Source of the DNA: an uncultured Clostridia bacterium
Lineage (GTDB): Bacteria > Bacillota > Clostridia > TANB77 > CAG-508
NCBI GenBank assembly: GCA_948976265.1
Contig: CARFUA010000001.1
Location: 56,331-120,330, forward strand
Reading direction: 5' to 3'
Length of the DNA: 64,000 nucleotides
A model generated the notes under the pieces. The model was not told where the DNA came from. It did not search any database and saw only the letters and a list, made by a program, of their open reading frames with translations. Every line of letters starts with the position of its first letter. The first letter of the stretch is position 1. The position numbers and the translations under genes are program-made. This document shows, piece by piece, positions 32,186 to 42,609 of the stretch.

Positions 32186-34486
32186 ATGGGATTATTAGAT
32201 GAATTAAACGATAAACAATATGAAGCTGTAACAACAACAGAAGGACCAAGCTTAGTAATTGCAGGTGCAGGAAGTGGAAAAACCAAAGTTTTAACACATA
32301 AAATTGCCTATTTAATTGGTGAAAAAAATATCAAACCATGGAATATTTTAGCCATTACATTTACCAATAAAGCAGCAAATGAAATGAAAGAAAGAGTTCG
32401 AAATCTTATAGGAGAAGTAGCAGATGATATTTGGATGGGAACATTTCATTCCATTTGTGTACGCATTTTAAGAAAAACCATTGATCGAATTGGATTCGAT
32501 TCTTCTTTTATCATTTTTGACACATCTGACCAAAAAACAATGATTAAAAAGATACTAAAAGAACAAAATTTAGATGACAAAATTTTTACAGACAAATCCG
32601 TTTTATATGAAATTAGCAATGCCAAAAACGAAATGCTTCAGCCAGCCCAATATGCGGCTCGTAGCAATGGAGATTTTAGAAAAGAGCAAATTGCGGAAAT
32701 TTATAGCATTTATCAGAAAAGGCTAAAAGAAAACAATGCCATTGATTTTGATGACATCATCAATTTTACCATCGAAATTTTACTAGATAATCCAGACATA
32801 CTCGAGTATTATTCCGATAAATTTAGATATGTCTTGGTAGACGAATATCAAGATACCAACAAATCACAATTTACACTCGTAACACTTTTGGCAAGCAAAT
32901 TTGGCAATATTACTGTCGTAGGAGATAATGACCAAGGAATTTATTCTTTCCGAGGAGCAGATATTAGCAATATTCTAAATTTCGAAAAAGATTTTCCAGG
33001 TACAAAAATTATAAAGTTAGAACAGAACTACAGATGTACACAAAATGTTTTAAATGTTGCCAATGAAATCATTAAAAATAATGAAACCAAATATGAAAAG
33101 AAATTGTGGACAAGTAACGAAGCTGGTAGTTTACCAAAAGTATATCGTGGAGACAATGAATATGATGAAGCCAATTATATTGTAAGCGAAATCAATAGTT
33201 TGCGCAGAAACGAATATTACAAATATTCTGATTTTGCAGTATTATACAGAATGAATACCCAGTCACGTAGTATAGAAGATATTTTGCGCAGAGAAAATAT
33301 ACCTTATAAAATTATTGGTGGGCTTAAATTCTATGAAAGAAAAGAAATTAAAGATATTATTGCATATTTAAGATTAATTCATAATGTAGCCGATAATCTA
33401 AGCTTAACAAGAATTATTAATGAACCCAAACGTGGTGTTGGAAAAACAAGTTTAGATAATGTTGAACAAATAGCAAATAGCAATGGAATCCCAATGTATG
33501 AAGTGATTAAAAGAGCCGATGAATTTGGCTTAAATCGAGTATTTGGAAATACACGAGAATTTATTGCAACCATCGAAGAATTACGTGATTTAAAAGATAC
33601 AAAATTAATTTCAGATTTAATTAAAGAAACTTTGAAAAAAACAGGATACACCAAAGCTTTAGAAGACGAAAATACCATAGAAGCAGAAAACAGAATAGAG
33701 AATTTAAACGAATTTTTAACTGTAGCAATAGAATTTGAGGAACAATCAGCGGACCATTCTTTGACAGAATTTTTAGAGGGAATCACATTAAGTTCTGATT
33801 TAGACGGTATGGAAGAAGCTGAAGAATCGATTACTTTGATGACTTTACATAGTGCCAAAGGACTTGAATTTCCAGCTGTATTTTTAGTTGGAATGGAAGA
33901 AGGAATTTTTCCAGGTTATAAATCAATTGGTGAAGAGAAAGAATTGGAAGAAGAACGCAGATTGTGCTATGTTGGCATTACGCGTGCAAAAGAAAAATTA
34001 TTTATGACAGCGGCAAAACAAAGAACCATTTTTGGTTCGACCAGTTTCAATAATATATCAAGATTCATCAAAGAAATTCCAGCGAACATGTTAGAGGGAA
34101 TGGAAGAATTAGAACAAAATTCAAATTCTACTTTCGGTGAAAGCAATATGGAATGGAATTATGGAAATTCAAGAAACAGTGGATTTTTTGACAATCCAGT
34201 AACTACCTATAAAAGTCATGAAATTCCTAAAAAAGCGACTGCTGCAAGTTTTGGATTTAAAAGCGCTGAAACCTTTTTGGCAAATTTAAACAAGCCAAGA
34301 AATAATGCCATTAGTTTGGAAAATTATAAATCAGGAGTGAAAGTATATCATAAAAAGTTTGGTGAAGGCTTAATTAATTCAGTTGAGCCAGAGGGAGATG
34401 ACTTAAAAGTCGATATTTCATTCGAAAAAGCTGGTCATAAAAGGTTAATGGCTAAATTTGCAGGTTTGCAAATTTTAGAAAGTTAA
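32186..34486 (+). CDS. pcrA: ATP-dependent DNA helicase PcrA (UvrD family).
   Basis: AGAGSGKTKVLTHKIAYL...ILAITFTNKAANEM helicase motifs I/Ia. 766 aa. Confidence 0.93.
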   Translation: MGLLDELNDKQYEAVTTTEGPSLVIAGAGSGKTKVLTHKIAYLIGEKNIKPWNILAITFTNKAANEMKERVRNLIGEVADDIWMGTFHSICVRILRKTIDRIGFDSSFIIFDTSDQKTMIKKILKEQNLDDKIFTDKSVLYEISNAKNEMLQPAQYAARSNGDFRKEQIAEIYSIYQKRLKENNAIDFDDIINFTIEILLDNPDILEYYSDKFRYVLVDEYQDTNKSQFTLVTLLASKFGNITVVGDNDQGIYSFRGADISNILNFEKDFPGTKIIKLEQNYRCTQNVLNVANEIIKNNETKYEKKLWTSNEAGSLPKVYRGDNEYDEANYIVSEINSLRRNEYYKYSDFAVLYRMNTQSRSIEDILRRENIPYKIIGGLKFYERKEIKDIIAYLRLIHNVADNLSLTRIINEPKRGVGKTSLDNVEQIANSNGIPMYEVIKRADEFGLNRVFGNTREFIATIEELRDLKDTKLISDLIKETLKKTGYTKALEDENTIEAENRIENLNEFLTVAIEFEEQSADHSLTEFLEGITLSSDLDGMEEAEESITLMTLHSAKGLEFPAVFLVGMEEGIFPGYKSIGEEKELEEERRLCYVGITRAKEKLFMTAAKQRTIFGSTSFNNISRFIKEIPANMLEGMEELEQNSNSTFGESNMEWNYGNSRNSGFFDNPVTTYKSHEIPKKATAASFGFKSAETFLANLNKPRNNAISLENYKSGVKVYHKKFGEGLINSVEPEGDDLKVDISFEKAGHKRLMAKFAGLQILES

Positions 34487-34496
34487 AAGAGGAAAT

Positions 34497-34530
34497 AAAA
34501 AAACAATCCGTAAATGGATTGTTTTTTTGT
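34497..34530 (+). terminator. Rho-independent terminator after pcrA.
   Basis: caatccgtaaatggattg followed by a T7 tract. Confidence 0.65.
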
Positions 34531-34543
34531 GACATACAAAAGA

Positions 34544-35671
34544 TTATTTTTCAGCGATAATCAATGGAACTAGCATTTCATCCACGCTAATTCCAGCATG
34601 GGCTGTTTTAAAAATATTGCCTTTTTCATCATAACGTAAACAAGTATGACCAATACTAACAGCGATATAATCAGCAAAATTATCTGTTACAATGTCATTT
34701 TTAATATGTTTGCCAAATAAGTTATATTGGATGACTTCATTTTTAGAGAATAATTTAAAATCATTCTTAAATTCTTGTAAAAATAGGTGCTCGAAAGCTT
34801 TTTTATCAACATTGTTTTTTAATTTGATAGCACAAGCTCTGGTTTCAATAGCTGTTGTTCTAGCTAACATATCATACAATGGAGGATAATCACTCAAAGT
34901 CTTGTATTGGCAGGCAATATGTCCATGATCAGCAACAATAATCAAAAGTGAATTTTGCGGAATAGATTTATATAATTTTTCGGTCATGAAATTGATGTTC
35001 AACATTTCTTCTTTGACAATTGGGCTATTTAAGCCATTTTCATGCATTAATTTATCGGGATTATGGTAATACGCATAAATAAATTTTTTATTTGGAATAT
35101 GACATAAGTCACAGATTCTTGACTCAATTTCCTCTAATGTACAACAAGGATATTTTTCATCAAAAGGCCAAGCCCAATAAGCATCGTTTGGTGTTTGTAA
35201 ATTAATCTTGTCTAGAATGTTTTCATAGTGCATTTCGGGTCGATTTTTAGTAAGCTGTTTGGCAGGAGATACAGAGTCCTTTAAAGTATTTTTAAAAATA
35301 GAAACGGTTTCATCGTCATCTTTAAAATACATATCCCAACCTAACCAGCCATGTTCACTTGGTTCCAATCCAGTCAAAATACTAGTTGTAGCAGCCGTTG
35401 TAGTGGCTGGAAAAATAGAAGAAATATCACAAATTTTATTTTTTTGCAAAAAAGAAGTTTTGGGCAAAAAGCGGTCCAAAATACAACTACCCATACCATC
35501 ATATAAAATGAGTACGATATTTTTAAAGTTTTTTTGAGAAAATATTTTATCCAATTCTACTAATGTAGAAGAATAAGGCAAACTGCCCATTTCCTTCAAA
35601 ATAGAATTACTTAAATTGACCAAATTCTTGCCAGCAATTGGCCACATAATTTTGGGATTAGTTTCTAACAT
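34544..35671 (-). CDS. Alkaline-phosphatase-superfamily metalloenzyme (nucleotide pyrophosphatase/phosphodiesterase-like).
   Basis: LILYDGMGS...ATTTAATTSILTG...IIVADHGH are AP-core metal-ligand motifs. Confidence 0.6.
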   Translation of the reverse strand: MLETNPKIMWPIAGKNLVNLSNSILKEMGSLPYSSTLVELDKIFSQKNFKNIVLILYDGMGSCILDRFLPKTSFLQKNKICDISSIFPATTTAATTSILTGLEPSEHGWLGWDMYFKDDDETVSIFKNTLKDSVSPAKQLTKNRPEMHYENILDKINLQTPNDAYWAWPFDEKYPCCTLEEIESRICDLCHIPNKKFIYAYYHNPDKLMHENGLNSPIVKEEMLNINFMTEKLYKSIPQNSLLIIVADHGHIACQYKTLSDYPPLYDMLARTTAIETRACAIKLKNNVDKKAFEHLFLQEFKNDFKLFSKNEVIQYNLFGKHIKNDIVTDNFADYIAVSIGHTCLRYDEKGNIFKTAHAGISVDEMLVPLIIAEK

Positions 35672-36069
35672 ATAACCTCCATTTTTAAGTAGATTGATGA
35701 ATTTAATATATCATATATATCTTGCAAAATCAACTGTTAGGCATTTTTATTAGATAAATTTTATGTAAAATCTATTTTAAGCCAATTTGTTTAATTTTTA
35801 ATGATAAATCATAAAAAAATCAAACAAATCGATTTAAGGTATTCTTCCGAATTTTTTAGAGTCATAAAAACAGGTGCCTTGAGAAAAATAGAAATGTGTA
35901 TCAAACATGTAGAAGGGCTAGAAGAGGACGAGAAATAAAAAGGACACATAATACACAAGAAAAAGGTAAAACCAAATTAGGAAGAGAAATATAAAACAGT
36001 TTTCCCACAAAACAATTGCAAAATTTTAATAAATAAGTTATAATAAATGGTAAAAATGGAGGAAAAATA

Positions 36070-36627
36070 ATGAAACAATATAAAGAAGTGTATGAAGTTG
36101 TAAAAGCAAGATTAAGTGAATATAGATTACATCATTCAGAATGTGTAGCAAAACGTTGTTTGGAATTGGCAAGTATTTATCAGGTAGACAAAGAGGCTGC
36201 AAGATTAGTTGGACTGGTACATGATATTGCCAAAGAAATGCCTGATGATGAAAAAGTAAAGTATTGCCTAGAAAATCATTTAGAAATGGACGCAATCGAA
36301 AAAGTGCATAAAGGTTTATTACATGGAAAAATTGCTGCTGATATTGCCAAAAAGGAATTTGGTTTTAGTGAAGACTTATGTTCCGCTATAAAATATCATA
36401 CAACTGCAAAAGAAAATATGTCACAATTAGACAAAATCATGTATGTAGCAGACATGACAAGCGATGACAGGCAATTTCCAGATAAATCCTATGTAATTGA
36501 ATTAGGGAATAAAGATTTAGATGAATGCGTAAAATATATTTTAAAATTAGGAATTAGTCAAAGAATGCAACAAAATAAAAAAATACATTTAAATTCATTA
36601 AAAGCCCTAAACTTTTTTATGCAGTAA
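36070..36627 (+). CDS. yqeK: HD-domain hydrolase YqeK (Ap4A hydrolase family).
   Basis: RLHHSECVAKRC...LVHDIAKE...YHTTAK HD motifs. Confidence 0.75.
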   Translation: MKQYKEVYEVVKARLSEYRLHHSECVAKRCLELASIYQVDKEAARLVGLVHDIAKEMPDDEKVKYCLENHLEMDAIEKVHKGLLHGKIAADIAKKEFGFSEDLCSAIKYHTTAKENMSQLDKIMYVADMTSDDRQFPDKSYVIELGNKDLDECVKYILKLGISQRMQQNKKIHLNSLKALNFFMQ

Positions 36628-36735
36628 TCCAAAATTCCAAAAAACCAAAAAGTAAATTATAATATTAAATTTTACAAAAAAATACAAAAAATATATTCAC
36701 AAAAACGAATCAAAATGGTATAATAGAACAAAGTA

Positions 36736-37642
36736 ATGATGGGGGATGTTGAAATGATTTTTAAGGATTATTATAAAATTCTAGGATTGGATACCAATCG
36801 AGTAACAATCGATACCATAAAATTAGCTTATCGCAAACAAGCTAAAAGGTATCATCCAGATGTTAATATTGGAAATAAAAATAATGAAGAAATCTTCAAA
36901 GATATAAATGAAGCTTATCGAGTATTATCTACCTCATCAAGTAAAAGAAAATATGATAGAATGTGGAATCATCATGTTGGTAGAAAAAACAAAGCAACTT
37001 ATGAAGAAAGCAAAAGAAGCAAGGATTCTTTATTTAGTGACTTTTTTAACATGTTTTTTGGTGTACTGAATGAAGTAAAAGTAGCCCAGCAACCAGAGCT
37101 TTACAAAGGCGAAAATGTTCAAACAGAAGTAAATATTTCAATCGAAGATGCTTTTAGAGGAAAAGAGCAATCCATAGCAGTAAGAACAATTGATGGAAAT
37201 TTGAAAACTTTTCGAATCCAACTTCCACCAGGAATCCAAAACAATGAAAAAATTCGACTAGTAGGTCAGCGGTAAACCAGGAAAAAATGGAGGTCGAAAT
37301 GGTGATTTATTAATTCGAATCAAAATAAAAAATGACGATAAATTTAGATTAGAAGGCTATAATCTAAGAACCAATTTATATTTAACACCATGGGAAGCTG
37401 CCCTTAGTACAAAAGTAACCATAAATGGTATCAACGAAGATGTTTCTGTGTACATACCAAAGGGAATCCAAAGTGGAGATACCATCAATATTGAAGGAAG
37501 AGGCTATAAAAACGGAAAAGGAGGCAGAGGTGACCTGATTTTAGAAACCAAAATTATGGTGCCAAAGCAATTAAGCTCAAAAGAAAAAGAGTTATTTGAT
37601 GCCTTAAATAGCGCTTCTAATTTTAATCCAAGAATTTGTTAA
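36736..37642 (+). CDS. J-domain co-chaperone (DnaJ/CbpA-like), interrupted by a +1 frameshift at an in-frame CGG (37270-37272).
   Basis: J-domain DYYKILGL...YHPD. Removing the C at 37270 reads through as ...IRLVGQ-G-KPGKNGGRNGDLLIRIK, typical of a DnaJ C-terminal domain, ending at 37642. Confidence 0.75.
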
Positions 37643-37737
37643 AGTTATTGACATAATAATGAAATTATTATATAATAAAAAGGTAAGTTTATACATAAGA
37701 AAAGTCGCATTTAAAAATGTAATAAAGGAGAGTAAGT

Positions 37738-38274
37738 ATGGAAGAAGAAAACTTACAGGGAAAATATTTCAGTATTACTGATCCAAAGGAGGTAAACACT
37801 GTAATATATCAAGTAAACAGAACTGAAAAAGAATTTCTAGACAGAGCACCTAAATTTACAGTAGAAAGGTTAGATTTTTCAGAGCAACTTGTTGGAGAAA
37901 AAAAGAGAAAGACATTTTTTGTTGATCATCCTGCACCAGAAGGAAATCCATTGGTGTTTTTATCATTTGGAAAAGATAAAGTTGTAGTAAACACAGGATT
38001 TTTGGATTACGACGAAGTTAAAATCTCAAAAAAACCAATGCCAATGAAACTCTCAACCATTTATAATGAAAAAGAAACTGTTTACAGAGAGTTTGAATAT
38101 ACTCCAAACATGAAAAGACCTATTTCTATAATAGATCCAGAAACAACAGAAGAAGTAAAACCAACTTTGTATTTCGACGAGGAAGCAAATGAGGTAAAAG
38201 GAAAATGCACGCTAAAAGCATGCAAAAAATATTTTGCCTTTCAAATAAGTGATAGAAAAAATAGGAAGGCTTAA
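37738..38274 (+). CDS. Hypothetical protein, the first gene of the putative mobile-element remnant.
   Basis: 178 aa ORF with a GGAG RBS. Confidence 0.45.
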   Translation: MEEENLQGKYFSITDPKEVNTVIYQVNRTEKEFLDRAPKFTVERLDFSEQLVGEKKRKTFFVDHPAPEGNPLVFLSFGKDKVVVNTGFLDYDEVKISKKPMPMKLSTIYNEKETVYREFEYTPNMKRPISIIDPETTEEVKPTLYFDEEANEVKGKCTLKACKKYFAFQISDRKNRKA

Positions 38275-38287
38275 GGAGGAGAATTTT

Positions 38288-38710
38288 ATGAATCATTCCG
38301 ATGCTCCAACTGGAGAAAATGGAAATAGAAAATTAGAACAATATCGACAAATGAATGTAAAAGAGGTAGCCAAGGAATCACTAGCCGAAAAATGGGCAGA
38401 TTTTTTACAAGACCAAACAATAGAAGGTCACCTTGAATATGGACAGCAATATGGCGAATTTTTAGTCTTAGATATTCCAGAGATACCAGAAAAAAACAAA
38501 GATAGCATTTTTCAAAGTGTAGAATCAAGTGTTTTAGAAATAGTTAGAGAGGATACTTTTGTAAAAGCAACAACACTTCTACCAGAAACGGAGAAAAACA
38601 AAGAAGCATTTAAGCGAGCGAGAGAAAAAGCAAAAATGCAAGGTCAAATTAGAATAGAGCGTGCCAATAAAGGAAGCAAACAATCGACACAAGAAAATAC
38701 AGAGAGATAA
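38288..38710 (+). CDS. Hypothetical acidic protein.
   Basis: AGGAGGAG RBS upstream of the ATG. 140 aa. Confidence 0.45.
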   Translation: MNHSDAPTGENGNRKLEQYRQMNVKEVAKESLAEKWADFLQDQTIEGHLEYGQQYGEFLVLDIPEIPEKNKDSIFQSVESSVLEIVREDTFVKATTLLPETEKNKEAFKRAREKAKMQGQIRIERANKGSKQSTQENTER

Positions 38711-38735
38711 TTTACAGAAGAAAAGGTGATAAATT

Positions 38736-40704
38736 ATGAGTTTTTTTGATAAAATAAAAGCGGCCTTTAGAAAAATAAAAACAAAATTAATTGTATATTT
38801 AGTAATTATAATTGTAGTAGCAATTATGGGAGTGGCACCATTTAATGTATCAGTTCAAGAAGGACAAATGGCAGCAGAAGCGGGAGAAGACTTTTTCGCT
38901 GTTTTCTTTACACAACTATTTCATAATATTCAAAAGCCATTATCTTGCTTAGGAGAATGCTTTTCATTATACTTTAGTGCTTTTATGAATACATTAAAAT
39001 GGTATTTATTTGTGTGTTCGATTTTTGGGATTATAGGTTTATTGAAGGCGTTTCCAAAGCATGAATTTCAAGATATAGAAAATGGCTCTAGTGATTGGAG
39101 TGAAAATGGAGAACAATATGCAGTTCTAAGTAAAAAAAAGGGAATTATATTAGCAGAAAAAAATTATTTGCCTGTAGATAAACGTGGTAATGTTAATGTA
39201 TTAGTTGTGCGGAGGTTCTGGTGCTGGTAAATCAGCTTCTTACGTTAAGCCAAATGCCTTACAACTTTTGGGTTCTTATGTTTTTACTGACCCGAAAGGA
39301 GAATTATATGACGATACAGCTGGCTATTTCAAATCACAAGGTTACGATATAAAAGTATTAAATTTAGTGCATCCACAAAACAGCGATGGCTACAACCCAC
39401 TTCACCATATCAACAATGAAATTGATGTTGACGTTATTGCACATACCATTGTAAAAGGACAAAGTGACGGAAGTGGTTCTGATCCATATTGGGAAGACAT
39501 GGGTGAAATGTTACTAAAAGCATTGATTTATTATTTAAAAGCAGTACGACCACCAGAAGAGCAGAATTTAGCAAGCTGTTCCGAACTAGTAAGAGCAGCC
39601 AACAATAATGGTGGTGATAACCTACTAACCAATCTAATGAATCAACTACCATATGACCATCCAGCTAGAATGAACTATAAATCCATTGAAATTGCGCCAG
39701 AAAAAACGTATGGTTCTATCTTAAGTACATTACAATCTAAATTGGGTAAGTTTGATTCAAGAGAAATTGCAGAAGTAACTTCAACAGACACGATTGATTT
39801 TACCTCCATTGCTAAAAAGAAAACAGCTGTATATGTTATTTCTTCAGATACACATACTGCTTATGATTTTCTACTAACCATATTTTTCTCGCAAATGATT
39901 CAGCAATTGTATGATTTTGCAGATATCAATGGAGGCGCTTTGCCAATTCCTACATATTTTATATTAGATGAGTTTGCAAACATAGGTCAAATTCCAGATT
40001 TCGATAAAAAAATATCGACTTCAAGAAGTAGAAAAATTTCTTTTAGTGTAATTCTACAAAATCTAGATCAGCTAGAGGCTGTATATAAAGAGGCGCATGA
40101 AACCATTCTAGGTAACTGTGATACGCATTTATTCTTGGGTTCTAACTCGCAAAAAACAGTAGAATATTTCTCAAAGGCATTAGGAGAAAAAACAATTACT
40201 AGAGATAGTATTAATGTAAATAAAGATAGGGATAATTGGAAAACAGGTTTAAGTCAATCTGACCAAATTATGGGAAGAGCACTTATGACACCAGATGAAC
40301 TTCGCCGAATGGATGAAGATATGTGTATCATTTATGAAAAAGGAATTAAGCCGGTTAAGGCAAATAAATATTATTATTTTAAATATCCAGAAGGAAAAAT
40401 TATTAAAAAATATAAAGTTGACCACAATGATGTTCATATTGAAAGAGGACCATGGAGAAAATATAATCCATATAATCCTTATGTAGAAGGGCAAGAAAAC
40501 AAGGGTGGAAATCCACAAACTTTAGAAAATTTAGATAATTTATTCCAAGAAGAAGATGGACTAAAATCAGATACAAATCCTGCAGGTAAGCTTCCAGTTG
40601 ATTCAAACGAAAAAGAAGAAGCTAATAAAAAGGAGGAGTTGACAGATATTCAAAAAGAACTAGAAGCAAAATTTGATGAATTATTTGGGAGTTTAGAAGA
40701 ATAA
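38736..40704 (+). CDS. Type IV secretion coupling protein (VirD4/TraG/TraD family ATPase), interrupted by a +1 frameshift at an in-frame CGG (39210-39212).
   Basis: Two N-terminal TM helices. Removing the C at 39210 restores the Walker A NVLVVGGSGAGKSASY. The C-terminal half carries typical T4CP motifs. Confidence 0.75.
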
Positions 40705-40748
40705 AAGTGAGGGACGTAAAAGTTATGCGTCCCTCACTTTTATTTTGG
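40705..40748 (+). terminator. Strong rho-independent terminator after the T4CP gene.
   Basis: A 13-bp perfect stem (agtgagggacg...cgtccctcact) followed by a T-tract. Confidence 0.8.
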
Positions 40749-41030
40749 TAGTTCCCAAAAACAAAGTGCATGTGTCAAAGGGGAATTTAATTTGCTCAAA
40801 AAGCGCTCTAAAAATCATTTTAAGAGGTTTGTTTGGTGGATTGGTATAAATTTACGCTTGAAGAAAAAAAGGTTGCTAAATGGGGCGTTTAGAATGTTGT
40901 CAGAAAAAACATTTTTCTGAGACCAACTGATTTTATGACTATAGGAAGCTGTAAGACTGATTTAGACAGCGATTTCTGTGGTTTTTAGTCATTTATCATT
41001 AAAAACAGAAAAATAGCTTAGAATTCATAA

Positions 41031-41065
41031 AAAAGAGGGACGCATCGTTGGCGTCCCCCTTTTAT
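41031..41065. terminator. Bidirectional terminator with a stem gggacgc/gcgtccc related to the one at 40705.
   Basis: Hairpin flanked by an A-tract and a T-tract. It is also the 3' end of minus-strand ORF 41062..41370. Confidence 0.65.
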
Positions 41066-41370
41066 GCTACTATTTCATTGATGAAGATATCAAGTTCTTC
41101 GCAAGAATCTTCCAAATGTAAATCGTTGATAATTTCCCAAAAAAGATAAATTTTTTCAGTGCGCAACGAGAAGAATGTTTCCGCATTTGTGAGGCAGGAG
41201 ATGTCTTTGTAGTATTCCTGTTTGTCTAAGACAAGGCATTTCTCTGCGCGTATCTGAAAATCCCCTACACGTGCCCATAAATTGTGGCTTTTTTGAAAAA
41301 TATCTACTAAAATTTCCCGATTCTGAAAATCCAACTTAAGTTGTAATTTGTATTCTATCAATGATAGCAC
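41062..41370 (-). CDS. Hypothetical small protein.
   Basis: 102 aa ORF. Confidence 0.4.
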   Translation of the reverse strand: MLSLIEYKLQLKLDFQNREILVDIFQKSHNLWARVGDFQIRAEKCLVLDKQEYYKDISCLTNAETFFSLRTEKIYLFWEIINDLHLEDSCEELDIFINEIVA

Positions 41371-41466
41371 CTCCTAAAAATATTTGTAAAAATTATATCA
41401 CAAGTAAACCATAATTGCAAGAGATTTATATGAATTTAATTACCGAACAAATTTTTTGTATTTTTA

Positions 41467-41497
41467 TTGACTCTCGAATGGATTTATGATAGAATCA
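41467..41497 (+). promoter_or_regulatory. Sigma-A promoter upstream of sbcD/yhaO (TTGACT-17-TAGAAT with extended TG).
   Basis: ttgactctcgaatggatttatgatagaat. Confidence 0.5.
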
Positions 41498-41522
41498 AAA
41501 TCTAATCAAAAGGAGTGATTTT

Positions 41523-42594
41523 ATGAAATTTGTTCATATTGCAGATATGCATTTTGATAGTCCTTTTACAGGACTAAATGTGGTGGATAATTTAGGAGAC
41601 ATTAGGAGACTGGAGCAAAGAGAGGTTTTTCGAAAAATAATAGATTATATCCAAAAAAACGCAATTGACTATTTGTTGATAGCAGGAGATTTATACGAGC
41701 AACAATATATTAGAAAATCCACCATAGAATTTATAAATAATCAATTTGAAACAATCAAAAACACGAAAATATTTATAGCACCGGGAAATCATGATCCGTA
41801 TGTTAAAAATTCTTATTATGATAGTTTTCAATGGAGTCAAAATGTACACATTTGCAAACATGAATTGGAACGAATAGAAGAACCGGAAGTTGACATTTAT
41901 GTAACCGCTTTTACGAATTTTTTTCAGAATGAGTCGCCCATTGAAAAAATGGAAATAAAGAATGCCAACAAGTGCAACTTATTGCTAACACATTGCGATT
42001 TAAACGGTAGAAAAGACCAAAATCGGTTTTGCTTATCATCCAATATCAGAATCTCAATTGAGTGCTTTAGCGTTTGATTATGTGGCAATGGGACATATTC
42101 ATAAACCAAGTATTACTCAAAGTGGGAAAATGGTCTATCCTGGGTCACCAATTTCTTTTGGATTTGATGAAATGGGAGAACATGGAATGAGGGTTGGAGA
42201 GGTCACGAAGCAAAGCTTGCAGACCGAATTTGTTAAACTTGATGAAAGACAATTTGAGAAACGAGAATTATCAGTAAATAATTTGCTAATACAGGAAGAT
42301 TTGGTGGAAACAATAGAAAATTTGGAATTGAAAAGAAATCATATGTATGAAATAGTTTTGGTGGGAAATCGACAATTTGAGATGAATCCAAGAGAAATTT
42401 TAAAACTAATTCCAACCCCTAATATTTTAAAAATAAAAGATAGTACAAAAATGGCTTATAATATAGAAGAAATTGCAAAAGAGAATAATTTGAGGGGAAT
42501 TTTTGTAAGAGAAGTTATAAAAAAATACCAGAATGGAGATTATTCAGAAGAGCAAATCCAAAAGGCAATTGAACTTGGCTTAGAAGCGATGTAA
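41523..42594 (+). CDS. sbcD: Mre11/SbcD-like nuclease (YhaO-like calcineurin phosphoesterase), interrupted by a +1 frameshift at an in-frame CGG (42024-42026).
   Basis: MKFVHIADMHFD...GNHD phosphoesterase motifs in ORF1 and GHIHK in ORF2. Deleting the C at 42024 joins the frames as ...KDQN-G-FAYHPISESQLSALAFDYVAMGHIHK. Confidence 0.75.
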
Positions 42595-42609
42595 TTTGGA
42601 AAGGAGGAT

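Larger units (their letters stand above)
37738..41400 (+). mobile_element. Probable degenerate conjugative-element (ICE/plasmid) remnant. It has an orphan T4CP, two small hypothetical genes and a flanking small reverse ORF, with no integrase or relaxase in the window.
   Basis: GC content is higher than the flanking core genes. The island sits between the dnaJ-like gene and sbcD and is flanked by related GGGACG-stem terminators. Confidence 0.4.

Noticed and set aside
42005-42007. Alternative location of the sbcD frameshift at 'aaacgg' (42002-42007).
   Set aside because: Both candidates lie in the permissible window. The site at 42024-42026 gives an in-frame CGG consistent with the other seven sites, whereas 42005 would place CGG out of frame. 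Homologue alignment is needed to decide.
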